A stretch of 60,252 nt of DNA, counting the filler, from Nemertoderma westbladi (lineage: Eukaryota; Animalia; Xenacoelomorpha), in NCBI GenBank assembly GCA_032718475.1. It is 3 parts of 3 records of this genome, joined end to end, with 100 filler letters (N's around TTAATTAATTAA, not from the genome) between each part and the next. Parts side by side here need not be neighbours in the genome. Positions count along the whole stretch, not along the records: positions 23,995 to 43,584 come from JAUCBJ010003569.1; positions 43,685 to 60,252 come from JAUCBJ010003565.1; 1 more part is not named here. The stretch is one strand, 5' to 3'. Numbering within the stretch: position 1 is the first letter of the stretch; each line of letters opens with the position of its first letter. A program made the position numbers and the translations under genes. Under the pieces are notes generated by a model. It saw only the letters and a list, made by a program, of their open reading frames with translations, did no database searches and was not told the origin of the DNA. Positions 37,101 through 51,200 of the stretch are shown here, piece by piece.

Positions 37101-40100
37101 GTGCCAGTTTCATTAACATTAATGTGCCAGTTTCATTAACATTAATGTGCCAGTTTCATTAACATTAATGTGCCAGTTTCATTAACATTAATGTGCCAGT
37201 TTCATTAACATTAATGTGCCAGTTTCATTAACATTAATGTGCCAGTTTCATTAACATTAATGTGCCAGTTTCATTAACATTAATGTGCCAGTTTCATTAA
37301 CATTAATGTGCCAGTTTCATTAACATTAATGTGCCAGTTTCATTAACATTAATGTGCCAGTTTCATTAACATTAATGTGCCAGTTTCATTAACATTAATG
37401 TGCCAGTTTCATTAACATTAATGTGCCAGTTTCATTAACATTAATGTGCCAGTTTCATTAACATTAATGTGCCAGTTTCATTAACATTAATGTGCCAGTT
37501 TCATTAACATTAATGTGCCAGTTTCATTAACATTAATGTGCCAGTTTCATTAACATTAATGTGCCAGTTTCATTAACATTAATGTGCCAGTTTCATTAAC
37601 ATTAATGTGCCAGTTTCATTAACATTAATGTGCCAGTTTCATTAACATTAATGTGCCAGTTTCATTAACATTAATGTGCCAGTTTCATTAACATTAATGT
37701 GCCAGTTTCATTAACATTAATGTGCCAGTTTCATTAACATTAATGTGCCAGTTTCATTAACATTAATGTGCCAGTTTCATTAACATTAATGTGCCAGTTT
37801 CATTAACATTAATGTGCCAGTTTCATTAACATTAATGTGCCAGTTTCATTAACATTAATGTGCCAGTTTCATTAACATTAATGTGCCAGTTTCATTAACA
37901 TTAATGTGCCAGTTTCATTAACATTAATGTGCCAGTTTCATTAACATTAATGTGCCAGTTTCATTAACATTAATGTGCCAGTTTCATTAACATTAATGTG
38001 CCAGTTTCATTAACATTAATGTGCCAGTTTCATTAACATTAATGTGCCAGTTTCATTAACATTAATGTGCCAGTTTCATTAACATTAATGTGCCAGTTTC
38101 ATTAACATTAATGTGCCAGTTTCATTAACATTAATGTGCCAGTTTCATTAACATTAATGTGCCAGTTTCATTAACATTAATGTGCCAGTTTCATTAACAT
38201 TAATGTGCCAGTTTCATTAACATTAATGTGCCAGTTTCATTAACATTAATGTGCCAGTTTCATTAACATTAATGTGCCAGTTTCATTAACATTAATGTGC
38301 CAGTTTCATTAACATTAATGTGCCAGTTTCATTAACATTAATGTGCCAGTTTCATTAACATTAATGTGCCAGTTTCATTAACATTAATGTGCCAGTTTCA
38401 TTAACATTAATGTGCCAGTTTCATTAACATTAATGTGCCAGTTTCATTAACATTAATGTGCCAGTTTCATTAACATTAATGTGCCAGTTTCATTAACATT
38501 AATGTGCCAGTTTCATTAACATTAATGTGCCAGTTTCATTAACATTAATGTGCCAGTTTCATTAACATTAATGTGCCAGTTTCATTAACATTAATGTGCC
38601 AGTTTCATTAACATTAATGTGCCAGTTTCATTAACATTAATGTGCCAGTTTCATTAACATTAATGTGCCAGTTTCATTAACATTAATGTGCCAGTTTCAT
38701 TAACATTAATGTGCCAGTTTCATTAACATTAATGTGCCAGTTTCATTAACATTAATGTGCCAGTTTCATTAACATTAATGTGCCAGTTTCATTAACATTA
38801 ATGTGCCAGTTTCATTAACATTAATGTGCCAGTTTCATTAACATTAATGTGCCAGTTTCATTAACATTAATGTGCCAGTTTCATTAACATTAATGTGCCA
38901 GTTTCATTAACATTAATGTGCCAGTTTCATTAACATTAATGTGCCAGTTTCATTAACATTAATGTGCCAGTTTCATTAACATTAATGTGCCAGTTTCATT
39001 AACATTAATGTGCCAGTTTCATTAACATTAATGTGCCAGTTTCATTAACATTAATGTGCCAGTTTCATTAACATTAATGTGCCAGTTTCATTAACATTAA
39101 TGTGCCAGTTTCATTAACATTAATGTGCCAGTTTCATTAACATTAATGTGCCAGTTTCATTAACATTAATGTGCCAGTTTCATTAACATTAATGTGCCAG
39201 TTTCATTAACATTAATGTGCCAGTTTCATTAACATTAATGTGCCAGTTTCATTAACATTAATGTGCCAGTTTCATTAACATTAATGTGCCAGTTTCATTA
39301 ACATTAATGTGCCAGTTTCATTAACATTAATGTGCCAGTTTCATTAACATTAATGTGCCAGTTTCATTAACATTAATGTGCCAGTTTCATTAACATTAAT
39401 GTGCCAGTTTCATTAACATTAATGTGCCAGTTTCATTAACATTAATGTGCCAGTTTCATTAACATTAATGTGCCAGTTTCATTAACATTAATGTGCCAGT
39501 TTCATTAACATTAATGTGCCAGTTTCATTAACATTAATGTGCCAGTTTCATTAACATTAATGTGCCAGTTTCATTAACATTAATGTGCCAGTTTCATTAA
39601 CATTAATGTGCCAGTTTCATTAACATTAATGTGCCAGTTTCATTAACATTAATGTGCCAGTTTCATTAACATTAATGTGCCAGTTTCATTAACATTAATG
39701 TGCCAGTTTCATTAACATTAATGTGCCAGTTTCATTAACATTAATGTGCCAGTTTCATTAACATTAATGTGCCAGTTTCATTAACATTAATGTGCCAGTT
39801 TCATTAACATTAATGTGCCAGTTTCATTAACATTAATGTGCCAGTTTCATTAACATTAATGTGCCAGTTTCATTAACATTAATGTGCCAGTTTCATTAAC
39901 ATTAATGTGCCAGTTTCATTAACATTAATGTGCCAGTTTCATTAACATTAATGTGCCAGTTTCATTAACATTAATGTGCCAGTTTCATTAACATTAATGT
40001 GCCAGTTTCATTAACATTAATGTGCCAGTTTCATTAACATTAATGTGCCAGTTTCATTAACATTAATGTGCCAGTTTCATTAACATTAATGTGCCAGTTT

Positions 40101-43100
40101 CATTAACATTAATGTGCCAGTTTCATTAACATTAATGTGCCAGTTTCATTAACATTAATGTGCCAGTTTCATTAACATTAATGTGCCAGTTTCATTAACA
40201 TTAATGTGCCAGTTTCATTAACATTAATGTGCCAGTTTCATTAACATTAATGTGCCAGTTTCATTAACATTAATGTGCCAGTTTCATTAACATTAATGTG
40301 CCAGTTTCATTAACATTAATGTGCCAGTTTCATTAACATTAATGTGCCAGTTTCATTAACATTAATGTGCCAGTTTCATTAACATTAATGTGCCAGTTTC
40401 ATTAACATTAATGTGCCAGTTTCATTAACATTAATGTGCCAGTTTCATTAACATTAATGTGCCAGTTTCATTAACATTAATGTGCCAGTTTCATTAACAT
40501 TAATGTGCCAGTTTCATTAACATTAATGTGCCAGTTTCATTAACATTAATGTGCCAGTTTCATTAACATTAATGTGCCAGTTTCATTAACATTAATGTGC
40601 CAGTTTCATTAACATTAATGTGCCAGTTTCATTAACATTAATGTGCCAGTTTCATTAACATTAATGTGCCAGTTTCATTAACATTAATGTGCCAGTTTCA
40701 TTAACATTAATGTGCCAGTTTCATTAACATTAATGTGCCAGTTTCATTAACATTAATGTGCCAGTTTCATTAACATTAATGTGCCAGTTTCATTAACATT
40801 AATGTGCCAGTTTCATTAACATTAATGTGCCAGTTTCATTAACATTAATGTGCCAGTTTCATTAACATTAATGTGCCAGTTTCATTAACATTAATGTGCC
40901 AGTTTCATTAACATTAATGTGCCAGTTTCATTAACATTAATGTGCCAGTTTCATTAACATTAATGTGCCAGTTTCATTAACATTAATGTGCCAGTTTCAT
41001 TAACATTAATGTGCCAGTTTCATTAACATTAATGTGCCAGTTTCATTAACATTAATGTGCCAGTTTCATTAACATTAATGTGCCAGTTTCATTAACATTA
41101 ATGTGCCAGTTTCATTAACATTAATGTGCCAGTTTCATTAACATTAATGTGCCAGTTTCATTAACATTAATGTGCCAGTTTCATTAACATTAATGTGCCA
41201 GTTTCATTAACATTAATGTGCCAGTTTCATTAACATTAATGTGCCAGTTTCATTAACATTAATGTGCCAGTTTCATTAACATTAATGTGCCAGTTTCATT
41301 AACATTAATGTGCCAGTTTCATTAACATTAATGTGCCAGTTTCATTAACATTAATGTGCCAGTTTCATTAACATTAATGTGCCAGTTTCATTAACATTAA
41401 TGTGCCAGTTTCATTAACATTAATGTGCCAGTTTCATTAACATTAATGTGCCAGTTTCATTAACATTAATGTGCCAGTTTCATTAACATTAATGTGCCAG
41501 TTTCATTAACATTAATGTGCCAGTTTCATTAACATTAATGTGCCAGTTTCATTAACATTAATGTGCCAGTTTCATTAACATTAATGTGCCAGTTTCATTA
41601 ACATTAATGTGCCAGTTTCATTAACATTAATGTGCCAGTTTCATTAACATTAATGTGCCAGTTTCATTAACATTAATGTGCCAGTTTCATTAACATTAAT
41701 GTGCCAGTTTCATTAACATTAATGTGCCAGTTTCATTAACATTAATGTGCCAGTTTCATTAACATTAATGTGCCAGTTTCATTAACATTAATGTGCCAGT
41801 TTCATTAACATTAATGTGCCAGTTTCATTAACATTAATGTGCCAGTTTCATTAACATTAATGTGCCAGTTTCATTAACATTAATGTGCCAGTTTCATTAA
41901 CATTAATGTGCCAGTTTCATTAACATTAATGTGCCAGTTTCATTAACATTAATGTGCCAGTTTCATTAACATTAATGTGCCAGTTTCATTAACATTAATG
42001 TGCCAGTTTCATTAACATTAATGTGCCAGTTTCATTAACATTAATGTGCCAGTTTCATTAACATTAATGTGCCAGTTTCATTAACATTAATGTGCCAGTT
42101 TCATTAACATTAATGTGCCAGTTTCATTAACATTAATGTGCCAGTTTCATTAACATTAATGTGCCAGTTTCATTAACATTAATGTGCCAGTTTCATTAAC
42201 ATTAATGTGCCAGTTTCATTAACATTAATGTGCCAGTTTCATTAACATTAATGTGCCAGTTTCATTAACATTAATGTGCCAGTTTCATTAACATTAATGT
42301 GCCAGTTTCATTAACATTAATGTGCCAGTTTCATTAACATTAATGTGCCAGTTTCATTAACATTAATGTGCCAGTTTCATTAACATTAATGTGCCAGTTT
42401 CATTAACATTAATGTGCCAGTTTCATTAACATTAATGTGCCAGTTTCATTAACATTAATGTGCCAGTTTCATTAACATTAATGTGCCAGTTTCATTAACA
42501 TTAATGTGCCAGTTTCATTAACATTAATGTGCCAGTTTCATTAACATTAATGTGCCAGTTTCATTAACATTAATGTGCCAGTTTCATTAACATTAATGTG
42601 CCAGTTTCATTAACATTAATGTGCCAGTTTCATTAACATTAATGTGCCAGTTTCATTAACATTAATGTGCCAGTTTCATTAACATTAATGTGCCAGTTTC
42701 ATTAACATTAATGTGCCAGTTTCATTAACATTAATGTGCCAGTTTCATTAACATTAATGTGCCAGTTTCATTAACATTAATGTGCCAGTTTCATTAACAT
42801 TAATGTGCCAGTTTCATTAACATTAATGTGCCAGTTTCATTAACATTAATGTGCCAGTTTCATTAACATTAATGTGCCAGTTTCATTAACATTAATGTGC
42901 CAGTTTCATTAACATTAATGTGCCAGTTTCATTAACATTAATGTGCCAGTTTCATTAACATTAATGTGCCAGTTTCATTAACATTAATGTGCCAGTTTCA
43001 TTAACATTAATGTGCCAGTTTCATTAACATTAATGTGCCAGTTTCATTAACATTAATGTGCCAGTTTCATTAACATTAATGTGCCAGTTTCATTAACATT

Positions 43101-43584
43101 AATGTGCCAGTTTCATTAACATTAATGTGCCAGTTTCATTAACATTAATGTGCCAGTTTCATTAACATTAATGTGCCAGTTTCATTAACATTAATGTGCC
43201 AGTTTCATTAACATTAATGTGCCAGTTTCATTAACATTAATGTGCCAGTTTCATTAACATTAATGTGCCAGTTTCATTAACATTAATGTGCCAGTTTCAT
43301 TAACATTAATGTGCCAGTTTCATTAACATTAATGTGCCAGTTTCATTAACATTAATGTGCCAGTTTCATTAACATTAATGTGCCAGTTTCATTAACATTA
43401 ATGTGCCAGTTTCATTAACATTAATGTGCCAGTTTCATTAACATTAATGTGCCAGTTTCATTAACATTAATGTGCCAGTTTCATTAACATTAATGTGCCA
43501 GTTTCATTAACATTAATGTGCCAGTTTCATTAACATTAATGTGCCAGTTTCATTAACATTAATGTGCCAGTTTCATTAACATTA
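34189..43584. repeat. Homogeneous 23-bp satellite (ATGTGCCAGTTTCATTAACATTA), ~408 copies, running into the gap
   Basis: Exact 23-bp periodicity (printed lines recur every 1380 bp); no variant unit noticed. Confidence 0.98.
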
Positions 43585-43684
43585 NNNNNNNNNNNNNNNN
43601 NNNNNNNNNNNNNNNNNNNNNNNNNNNNTTAATTAATTAANNNNNNNNNNNNNNNNNNNNNNNNNNNNNNNNNNNNNNNNNNNN
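43585..43684. other. Assembly gap linker
   Basis: N44-TTAATTAATTAA-N44. Confidence 0.97.
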
Positions 43685-43734
43685 ATTTCCTCCACTTGTA
43701 GTATTCTCACACCCCCCCCCCCCCCCCCCCTAAC

Positions 43735-44243
43735 CTTAGATTTCCTCCAATTGTAGTATTCTTGTAGACTCATATTAACCAGTTCCCCGTCTGGTTTAGC
43801 TAAATACTGCTGCACAACGCTTCCTACTGCCGCCCTAAACCTGCTAGCACTAGCGTCGACATCGTCGGTATCTAAACTGTGTTTGCTATAAAACAAAACA
43901 TTTTCATACAAAATAAATAAAACTTACTGAACTTACAAGTATCATTCAACCAATTGGGTTGTATATTTTTCTGTTCAGATGGCCATGACAGTTAGACTAT
44001 ATACTTCCATTATCTACTACAGTTAGTAGGTACACTTATTCTGGAATGCATTTTAGTAAAAATTATGTTAAATAAATATTCTAGAACTCACTTGTACAGA
44101 TCAATAAGAATTCCTCCACCAGTAAGATTTACGAGATGGTAGACAGGGTTGTCTTTTAGTTCACGGTTCTGTGCCAGCCAGCTGTCTTTGTCTGACAGCG
44201 GTTTCGGCATAGAAACCCCTTTGGTCACTACAGAAATACCCAT
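43735..44243 (-). CDS. Possible 5' part of an unknown spliced gene or pseudogene (exons 44092-44243 and 43735-43885; optional 104-nt middle exon 43937-44040)
   Basis: ATG at 44243, donor AA|GTGAGT and acceptor ttttatAG. Exon 1 plus exon 3 join in frame (..GGGILIDLYN-KHSLDTDD..). The middle segment has good splice sites but contains stops. No recognisable domain. Confidence 0.35.
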
Positions 44244-45629
44244 CGTGTTTATTATAACATAATTAATTGTTATTATATACTATTTATATTTAATTAAGTA
44301 TTTTTGAAGCATTTAAAGTTATTCATAATAATTGTAATTGGTACATGCATAAAGCCGGATATACAAATGAAGATAAGTTTGCCTGTAAAAAGTCTTTGTA
44401 GTTTTCAATAGACAAAAATATACAGAATCAACGTTAATTTACACTACACTTTCAGCTCACATCCATTTTACTGAGGCATAATTATTCTATAAATTGATTA
44501 AGATTGTACTGATTATTTAATTGCATAATTATTGTTGTGTAGCTGTAAAGCTATAATTGTCCCAATTATTATAGTTTACTGTACAGAATACCTGTCAGTG
44601 GCCCATATTACCTTATCCCGTTACACCCAGAATATTTACTGTAACTAACTTATATTTCCTGCTTACTGCTTACTTTCTAAATAGTTAATACTTTATACTT
44701 ATTTAATAATCTTTTTGTACAATTCACGAACTGTTTAAATGCCCTTCTAATTAATGACACTAACTAACCAATACCAACAGTAATAGCGTGATGGTTGCTA
44801 GGCAACGTTTCTACCTGCCAATAATGCAATATAAATAATCAGGGATATATGATTGTATAATAATGTATACTGAGATGTAATAATATAAGTCACGAAAACG
44901 TTTGTTTTGGTTTTTTTAATTATAAAAATACAATTAATATTTTTAGGGTCGTCTCTTAGCTGCAACTTGTTGCAGTAAATTATTGTGGCTGATCTCATTA
45001 TTTGGGTCAATTTGTTGATTTTGTTTTGAGAAATGTTGCTAAACGAAATAACTTGCTAACCGCAACAAAAGTTGTAGCGAGTGGCGGGACTTGCGATACT
45101 GTGCAACGACGGCCACAACGCATCGGCCACAATGCATCGGCCAAAATGCGTCGGCCACAAAATTCGAAAAATACTTCGATTTTTTATCTCACTTCGGATC
45201 TCTAAATGTCAACACTAGTTTCTATGGCGAATTAGATAGGGCCTAATTAAAAGGCCGTAATTTTCAGCGCTAATTTTATTAAGTCCATGTTTTTTTCAAC
45301 AATATATTAATTTTTGATTACCGTTTTGCCCATCATAGTCACTTTTCTCACACAGGGTAACCAAATTTCTATAAGTAAATATGGGTTTCTAAAATTAAAT
45401 TAAACCTCTAGAAATGGCAACGACCAATCACTTTCACTTCATCTATAGTCAATAATCAATATAATATTGAAATATCAAAGTCATCTTAGTAAATTAACGT
45501 CATCTTAATGGCTCTGGGCACATTGCGAAAAAGAAACACTTAATTCTGAAACTGAAAGAAAATGTCGATTCCTACCGCGTTGGTAACTAGTAATCGAAGA
45601 GGTGCCTTATTAGTAAGCGTTGATAACTA

Positions 45630-46830
45630 AGTTTAAGTTTAAGTTTTAAGTTTAAGTTTAAGTTTTAAGTTTAAGTTTAAGTTTAATGTTTCCTCAGAAC
45701 AAGCACCCAAAATACAAAAAAAACAAAAATGTTATAACAAAGGAACATGGTTTGGCTATAGCAAAGCTAGTGTAGCCTTACCATATTCCTATAAGAGGAG
45801 GAAACGCGGAGAACAGGTGAGATACGGGTGATGCAGGCGTATGGAGTACGATATAGCTGGGATTAAACTATTAGTGATTGTCATGATAAATTTCTAACTG
45901 AAAGAATCCTTTATGGTTTTTCCCAGATCCAAATTTTGCATAATTGCAAATGCACTGAGATATATATCTTATGGGATACTGAATACTCAAGAGATTAAGA
46001 GCGGAAAACATTATAGAAGTGAGATATTATAAAAGATGAATGCAAAATTAAATAATTTTTCAACCTTTGCATTATAAGAAATTTCCAGATTCAAAAATTT
46101 TCTTGCAAAAAATTGGTTAAAAAGAAAAAGATAGAAAATAGTTATTATTATCACGACCCAGAAAGAAGATTGATTTTTACTTGTTTTTTGAAATGCACCT
46201 TATTACTGCTATCGCGGATATCTCTCGAGAGGGAATTCCAGAGAAGAGGGCCCTGCATTGAAAGGGACTGATGCCGGACTTCCGTGTGCGTACTGGGTAA
46301 ATGAAAAAGACCAGCGGAGGCAGAGCGAGTATTGTATGTGTGAACAGATGATGCTTTAGTGAATAAGTGAGAAAGAGGATGAGGAGGATTGTGGTAAATT
46401 TCATACATTAGTAAGAGGACCTGGTATTTATACAGACGATCTAATGGTAAAATGCGTAGCTGCTGATAAATAGAAAAAGATGAGGACTGATAGTGGCTGA
46501 AGGTAATACATCGGACAATTTTATTGAGTTTGGTTTTGAGGGGACGAGTAATAGATTTGAATGTATTCCCCCATACTATCAACCCGTAAAAAATATAGGG
46601 GTAAACAAACGTATAGAATAGAGTTCGCATTATATGAGCTGGGACAATATGGCGTAGTTTATAGAATAATCCTCCACTCTTGGATATTTTTTTCAAGATA
46701 TGGCTGATGTGTTCCCTATATGATAAATTAAAATTGGAATCTATTAATATACCTAGATATTTAGATGTTGTTGTGGATCTAATTGTTTTGTTATTAATGA
46801 TTATAGGTGGTGGCGGTATTTCTGACTTTG
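45630..46830 (-). mobile_element. 5'-truncated L2/CR1-group LINE with a (TTAAAC)n tail
   Basis: ORF 46151-46864 reads SKYLGILIDSNF..LFYTFVYPYIFYGLIVWG..HTYNTRS..GPLLWNSL. A hairpin at ~45740-45790 and the microsatellite at 45630-45686 mark the 3' end. Confidence 0.82.
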
Positions 46831-47344
46831 ATTTGACTAACAGAAATAACCAATAATACTGCAAGAATTATTGGCCCAGGCCCAGGGTATAATTTTTGTG
46901 TTGGTTGCGCATAGTAATGTAAGTCCAGGTTCGACCCCACCCCACTACCTCCATATACCCGCGCCAAAAACACTGAATTATCGCACAACAGTTTAATACC
47001 AATATTGGCGATTATGAAATAAGAAATAAACTAAAATCAATGTTTTATGTACTTAACTATTTATTCAGTAAATTAACACTGAGTTTGGAATTTATTTATC
47101 TCCCGGGAAATATAAACCAAATCCAAACATGTAGACCCCATCCTCTAGCGACGGTATCCCATCGCAACGCGTACAGATGTTCCACTAAGGATTGCATCCA
47201 CGCCACAGCTTGGAGCGATGTTTATATTATGTTATCCGTATCATTACCAACCCCCACCCACCCTAATTACTCGGCTCCAGGTTCCCCTTAATCGCCCCGT
47301 TGTACTCGCTTCCGAAAAAGCAAGTCGCAATCACTTCCCCGCTG

Positions 47345-48212
47345 CCCCCCCCCCCCCCCCCCAGTACTAGCCCCCTAGTTCCCCCCCAGTACTAGCCCCC
47401 TAGTTTCCCCCCATTACTCGCCCCTAGTTTCCCCCCAGTACTAGCCCCCTAGTTTCCCCCCAGTATTCGTTCCCTAGTTTCCCCCCAGTACTTGCCCCCT
47501 AGTTCCCCCCAGTACTCGCCCCCTCGTCTCCTTTGTACTCGCCTCCTAGTCTCCCCCAGTACTCGCCTCCAAGTTTTTCCCCCCAGTACTCGCCCCCTAG
47601 TTCCTCCCAGAACTCGCCCCGTAGGTTCCCCCCAATACTAGCACCCTAGTCTCCCTTGCACTCGCCCCCTAGTTTCCCCCCAGTACTTGCCCCCTAGTTC
47701 CCCCCAGTACTCGCCCCTTAGTCTCCCTTACACTCGCCCCTAGTTCCCCACTAACTTTCCCCCCCAGTACTCGCCCCCTAGTCTCCCTTACACTCGCCCC
47801 CTAGTTCCCCCCAGTACTCGCCCCCTAGTCTCCCTTACACTCGCCCCCTAGTTCCCCCCAGTACTCGCCCCCTAGTCTCCCTTACACTCGCCCCCTAGTT
47901 CCCCCCAGTACTCGCCCCCTAGTCTCCCTTACACTCGCCCCCTAGTTTCCCCCAGTACTCGCCCCCTAGTTTCCCCCCAGTACTTGCCCCCTAGTTCCCC
48001 CCGGTACTCGCCCCCTAGTTCCCCCCAGTACTCGCCCCCTAGTCTCCCTTACACTCGCCCCCTAGTTCCCCACTAACTTTCCCCCCCAGTACTCGCCCCC
48101 TAGTTTCCCCCAGTACTCGCCCCCTAGTTCCCCCCAGTACTCGCCCCCTAGTCTCCCTTACACTCGCCCCCTAGTTCCCCACTAACTTTCCCCCCCAGTA
48201 CTAGCCCCCTCC
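47345..48212. repeat. C-rich (+) / G-rich (-) ~21-bp minisatellite overlapping the eIF2-alpha stop codon and 3' UTR
   Basis: Units CCCCCAGTACTCGCCCCCTAGTT and variants; the terminal unit encodes the last codons (GASTGGES*). Confidence 0.92.
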
Positions 48213-51200
48213 TCATCCTCCTCTCCATCATCATCCCCCCCAACCTCCCTATTCTCCATCCCGGCCTGCTCCATCTGCTGCTCCAGATCTACTTCCTCTA
48301 TATCCGTCATTACTTTCGGCTCCATCCCGATCTTAAAGGTCCCCTTTAGTTTGAGTATCTCCTCCCGTACTGCCTCCAAGGCGTCGTTTAACGCCTTTAT
48401 CCCTCTCTCGCGTTCCACGGTCACCGTCGTCATTACGTACTTGGGCGGCGCTATCAGGTTGATCTTTATCGCCATCTCCTCCGTGGAACACGCGAGTCCG
48501 GCTCGCAACGCCGATTTGATCGCGTCGATCCCCTCGTAAGCGTAGCAGGACACTTCGATATCCGATCGGATCTTAACGCTAGATGGCATCAGTCGTCGGA
48601 ATATCACCTGAAGGTAGTTAATTTATCGGTAGTTTGAGATTAAATTCATAATTATTTGTATATCCAAAGCCGGCAAAATAAATGACTATTGACACGCCCT
48701 TCAATGCTCGCTACGCTCGTTCACCCAACTCACCTTAAGCAACGCATCCCGCGTCTTCCCGTCCAGCTCGCTCGCTACATTCGTTCACCCAACTCACCTT
48801 CAGCAACGCATCCCGTGTCTTTCCGTCCAGCTCGCTCGCTACACTCTTTCACCCAACTCACCTTCAGCAACGCATCCCGTGTCTTTCCGTCCAGCTCGCT
48901 CGCTACACTCGTTCACCCAATCACCTTCAGCAACGCATCCCGTGTCTTCCCGCCCAGCTCGCTCGCTACACTCGTTCACCCAACTCACCTTCAGCAACGC
49001 ATCCCGTGTCTTCCCGTCCAGCTCGCTCGCTACACTCGTTCACCCAACTCACCTTCAGCAACGCATCCCGTGTCTTCACGTCCACCTCGCTCGCTACACT
49101 CGTTCACCCAACTCACCTTCAGCAACGCATACCGTGTCTTCCCGTCCAGCTCGCTCGCTACACTCGTTCACCCAACTCACCTTCAGCAACGCATCCCGTG
49201 TCTTTCCGTCCAGCTCGCTCGCTACACTCGTTCACCCAATCACCTTCAGCAACGCATCCCGTGTCTTCCCGTCCAGCTCGCTCGCTACACTCGTTCACCC
49301 AACTCACCTTCAGCAACGCATCCCGTGTCTTCCCGTCCAGCTCGCTCGCTACACTCGTTCACCCAACTCACCTTCAGCAACGCATCCCGTGTCTTCACGT
49401 CCACCTCGCTCGCTACACTCGTTCACCCAACTCACCTTCAACAACGCATCCCGTGTCTTCCCGTCCAGCTCGCTCGCTACACTCGTTCACCCAACTCACC
49501 TTCAGCAACGCATCCCGTGTCTTCCCGTCCAGGGGGATCGCTACACTCGTTCACCCAACTCACCTTCAGCAACGCATCCCGTGTCTTCCCGTCCAGCTCG
49601 CTCGCTACACTCGTTCACCCAACTCACCTTCAGCAACGCATCCCGTGTCTTCACGTCCAGCTCGCTCGCTACACTCTTTCACCCAACTCACCTTCAGCAA
49701 CGCATCCCGTGTCTTTCCGTCCAGCTCGCTCGCTACACTCGTTCACCCAACTCACCTTCAGCAACGCATCCCGTGTCTTCCCGTCCAGCTCGCTCGCTAC
49801 ACTCGTTCACCCAACTCACCTTCAGCAACGCATCCCGTGTCTTCCCGTCCAGCTCGCTCGCTACACTCGTTCACCCAACTCACCTTCAGCAACGCATCCC
49901 GTGTCTTCACGTCCAGCTCGCTCGCTACACTCTTTCACCCAACTCACCTTCAGCAACGCATCCCGTGTCTTTCCGCCCAGCTCGCTCGCTACACTCGTTC
50001 ACCCAATCACCTTCAGCAACGCATCCCGTGTCTTCCCGTCCAGCTCGCTCGCTACACTCGTTCACCCAACTCACCTTCAGCAACGCATCCCGTGTCTTCC
50101 CGTCCAGCTCGCTCGCTACACTCGTTCACCCAACTCACCTTCAGCAACGCATCCCGTGTCTTCACGTCCACCTCGCTCGCTACACTCGTTCACCCAACTC
50201 ACCTTCAGCAACGCATCCCGTGTCTTCCCGTCCAGCTCGCTCGCTACACTCGTTCACCCAACTCACCTTCAGCAACGCATCCCGTGTCTTCCCGTCCAGA
50301 TCGCTCGCTACACTCGTTCACCCAACTCACCTTCAGCTACGCATCCCGTGTCTTCACGTCCACCTCGCTCGCTACACTCGTTCACCCAACTCACCTTCAG
50401 CAACGCATCCCGTGTCTTCCCGTCCAGCTCGCTCGCTACACTCGTTCACCCAACTCACCTTCAGCAACGCATCCCGTGTCTTCCCGTCCAGCTCGCTCGC
50501 TACACTCTTTCACCCAACTCACCTTCAGCAACGCATCCCGTCTTTCCGTCCAGCTCGCTCGCTACGCTCGTTCACCCAACTCACCTTCAGCAACGCGTCC
50601 CGTGTCTTCCCGTCCAGCTCGCAGGGGTCCAACACCGACGGTTCCTGAACCGCCTGTCGGAAGAAATCGTAAGACGCGGCGTCCTTCTTCATGCGGGCGT
50701 CGAAGAACCAGGCGGTGCGCTGGTACAACGCGAGGAACTCCTCGTTGTCCATCTCCAATAACTCCGCTGTGTGTCGGAGGATCTGGTTGACCGCCTTACC
50801 ACGATGGAATCGCTCCTCGCAAACCCGCTGTTCTTCAGCAGAGGCGCGACGTTTAGACAGATCGATGTAACCCTGAAATAAAAATAATATAAATTTATTA
50901 AAAATAATTGAAATATGTAAGCCGCAGCGTTGAAGTACCGGTACTCTAAGAAGCTGCCCATACAAAATTGTTTAGAACTCTAACAAGCACAGCATTTATG
51001 TATTATGTTTATGTATACACCGGCTCAGCATCTGAGCATTTACCATACGAAGCGAAACTTGTACCCCTTCTTTAGTTAGATTTAATTATTATTTTTTCAA
51101 ACTAAGCCCCCACGCGAGGAAATTTGTATCAATTTTATTAAGTTAAATAAATTTAAATCAATTTAAATCATTTGTTGCTGAATAAACATGTGTACATATT

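Noticed and set aside
48689-50790. Three long plus-strand ORFs (589-690 aa)
   Set aside because: They are translations of the 64-bp tandem repeat, which lacks stops on that strand; they lie antisense within the eIF2-alpha intron.
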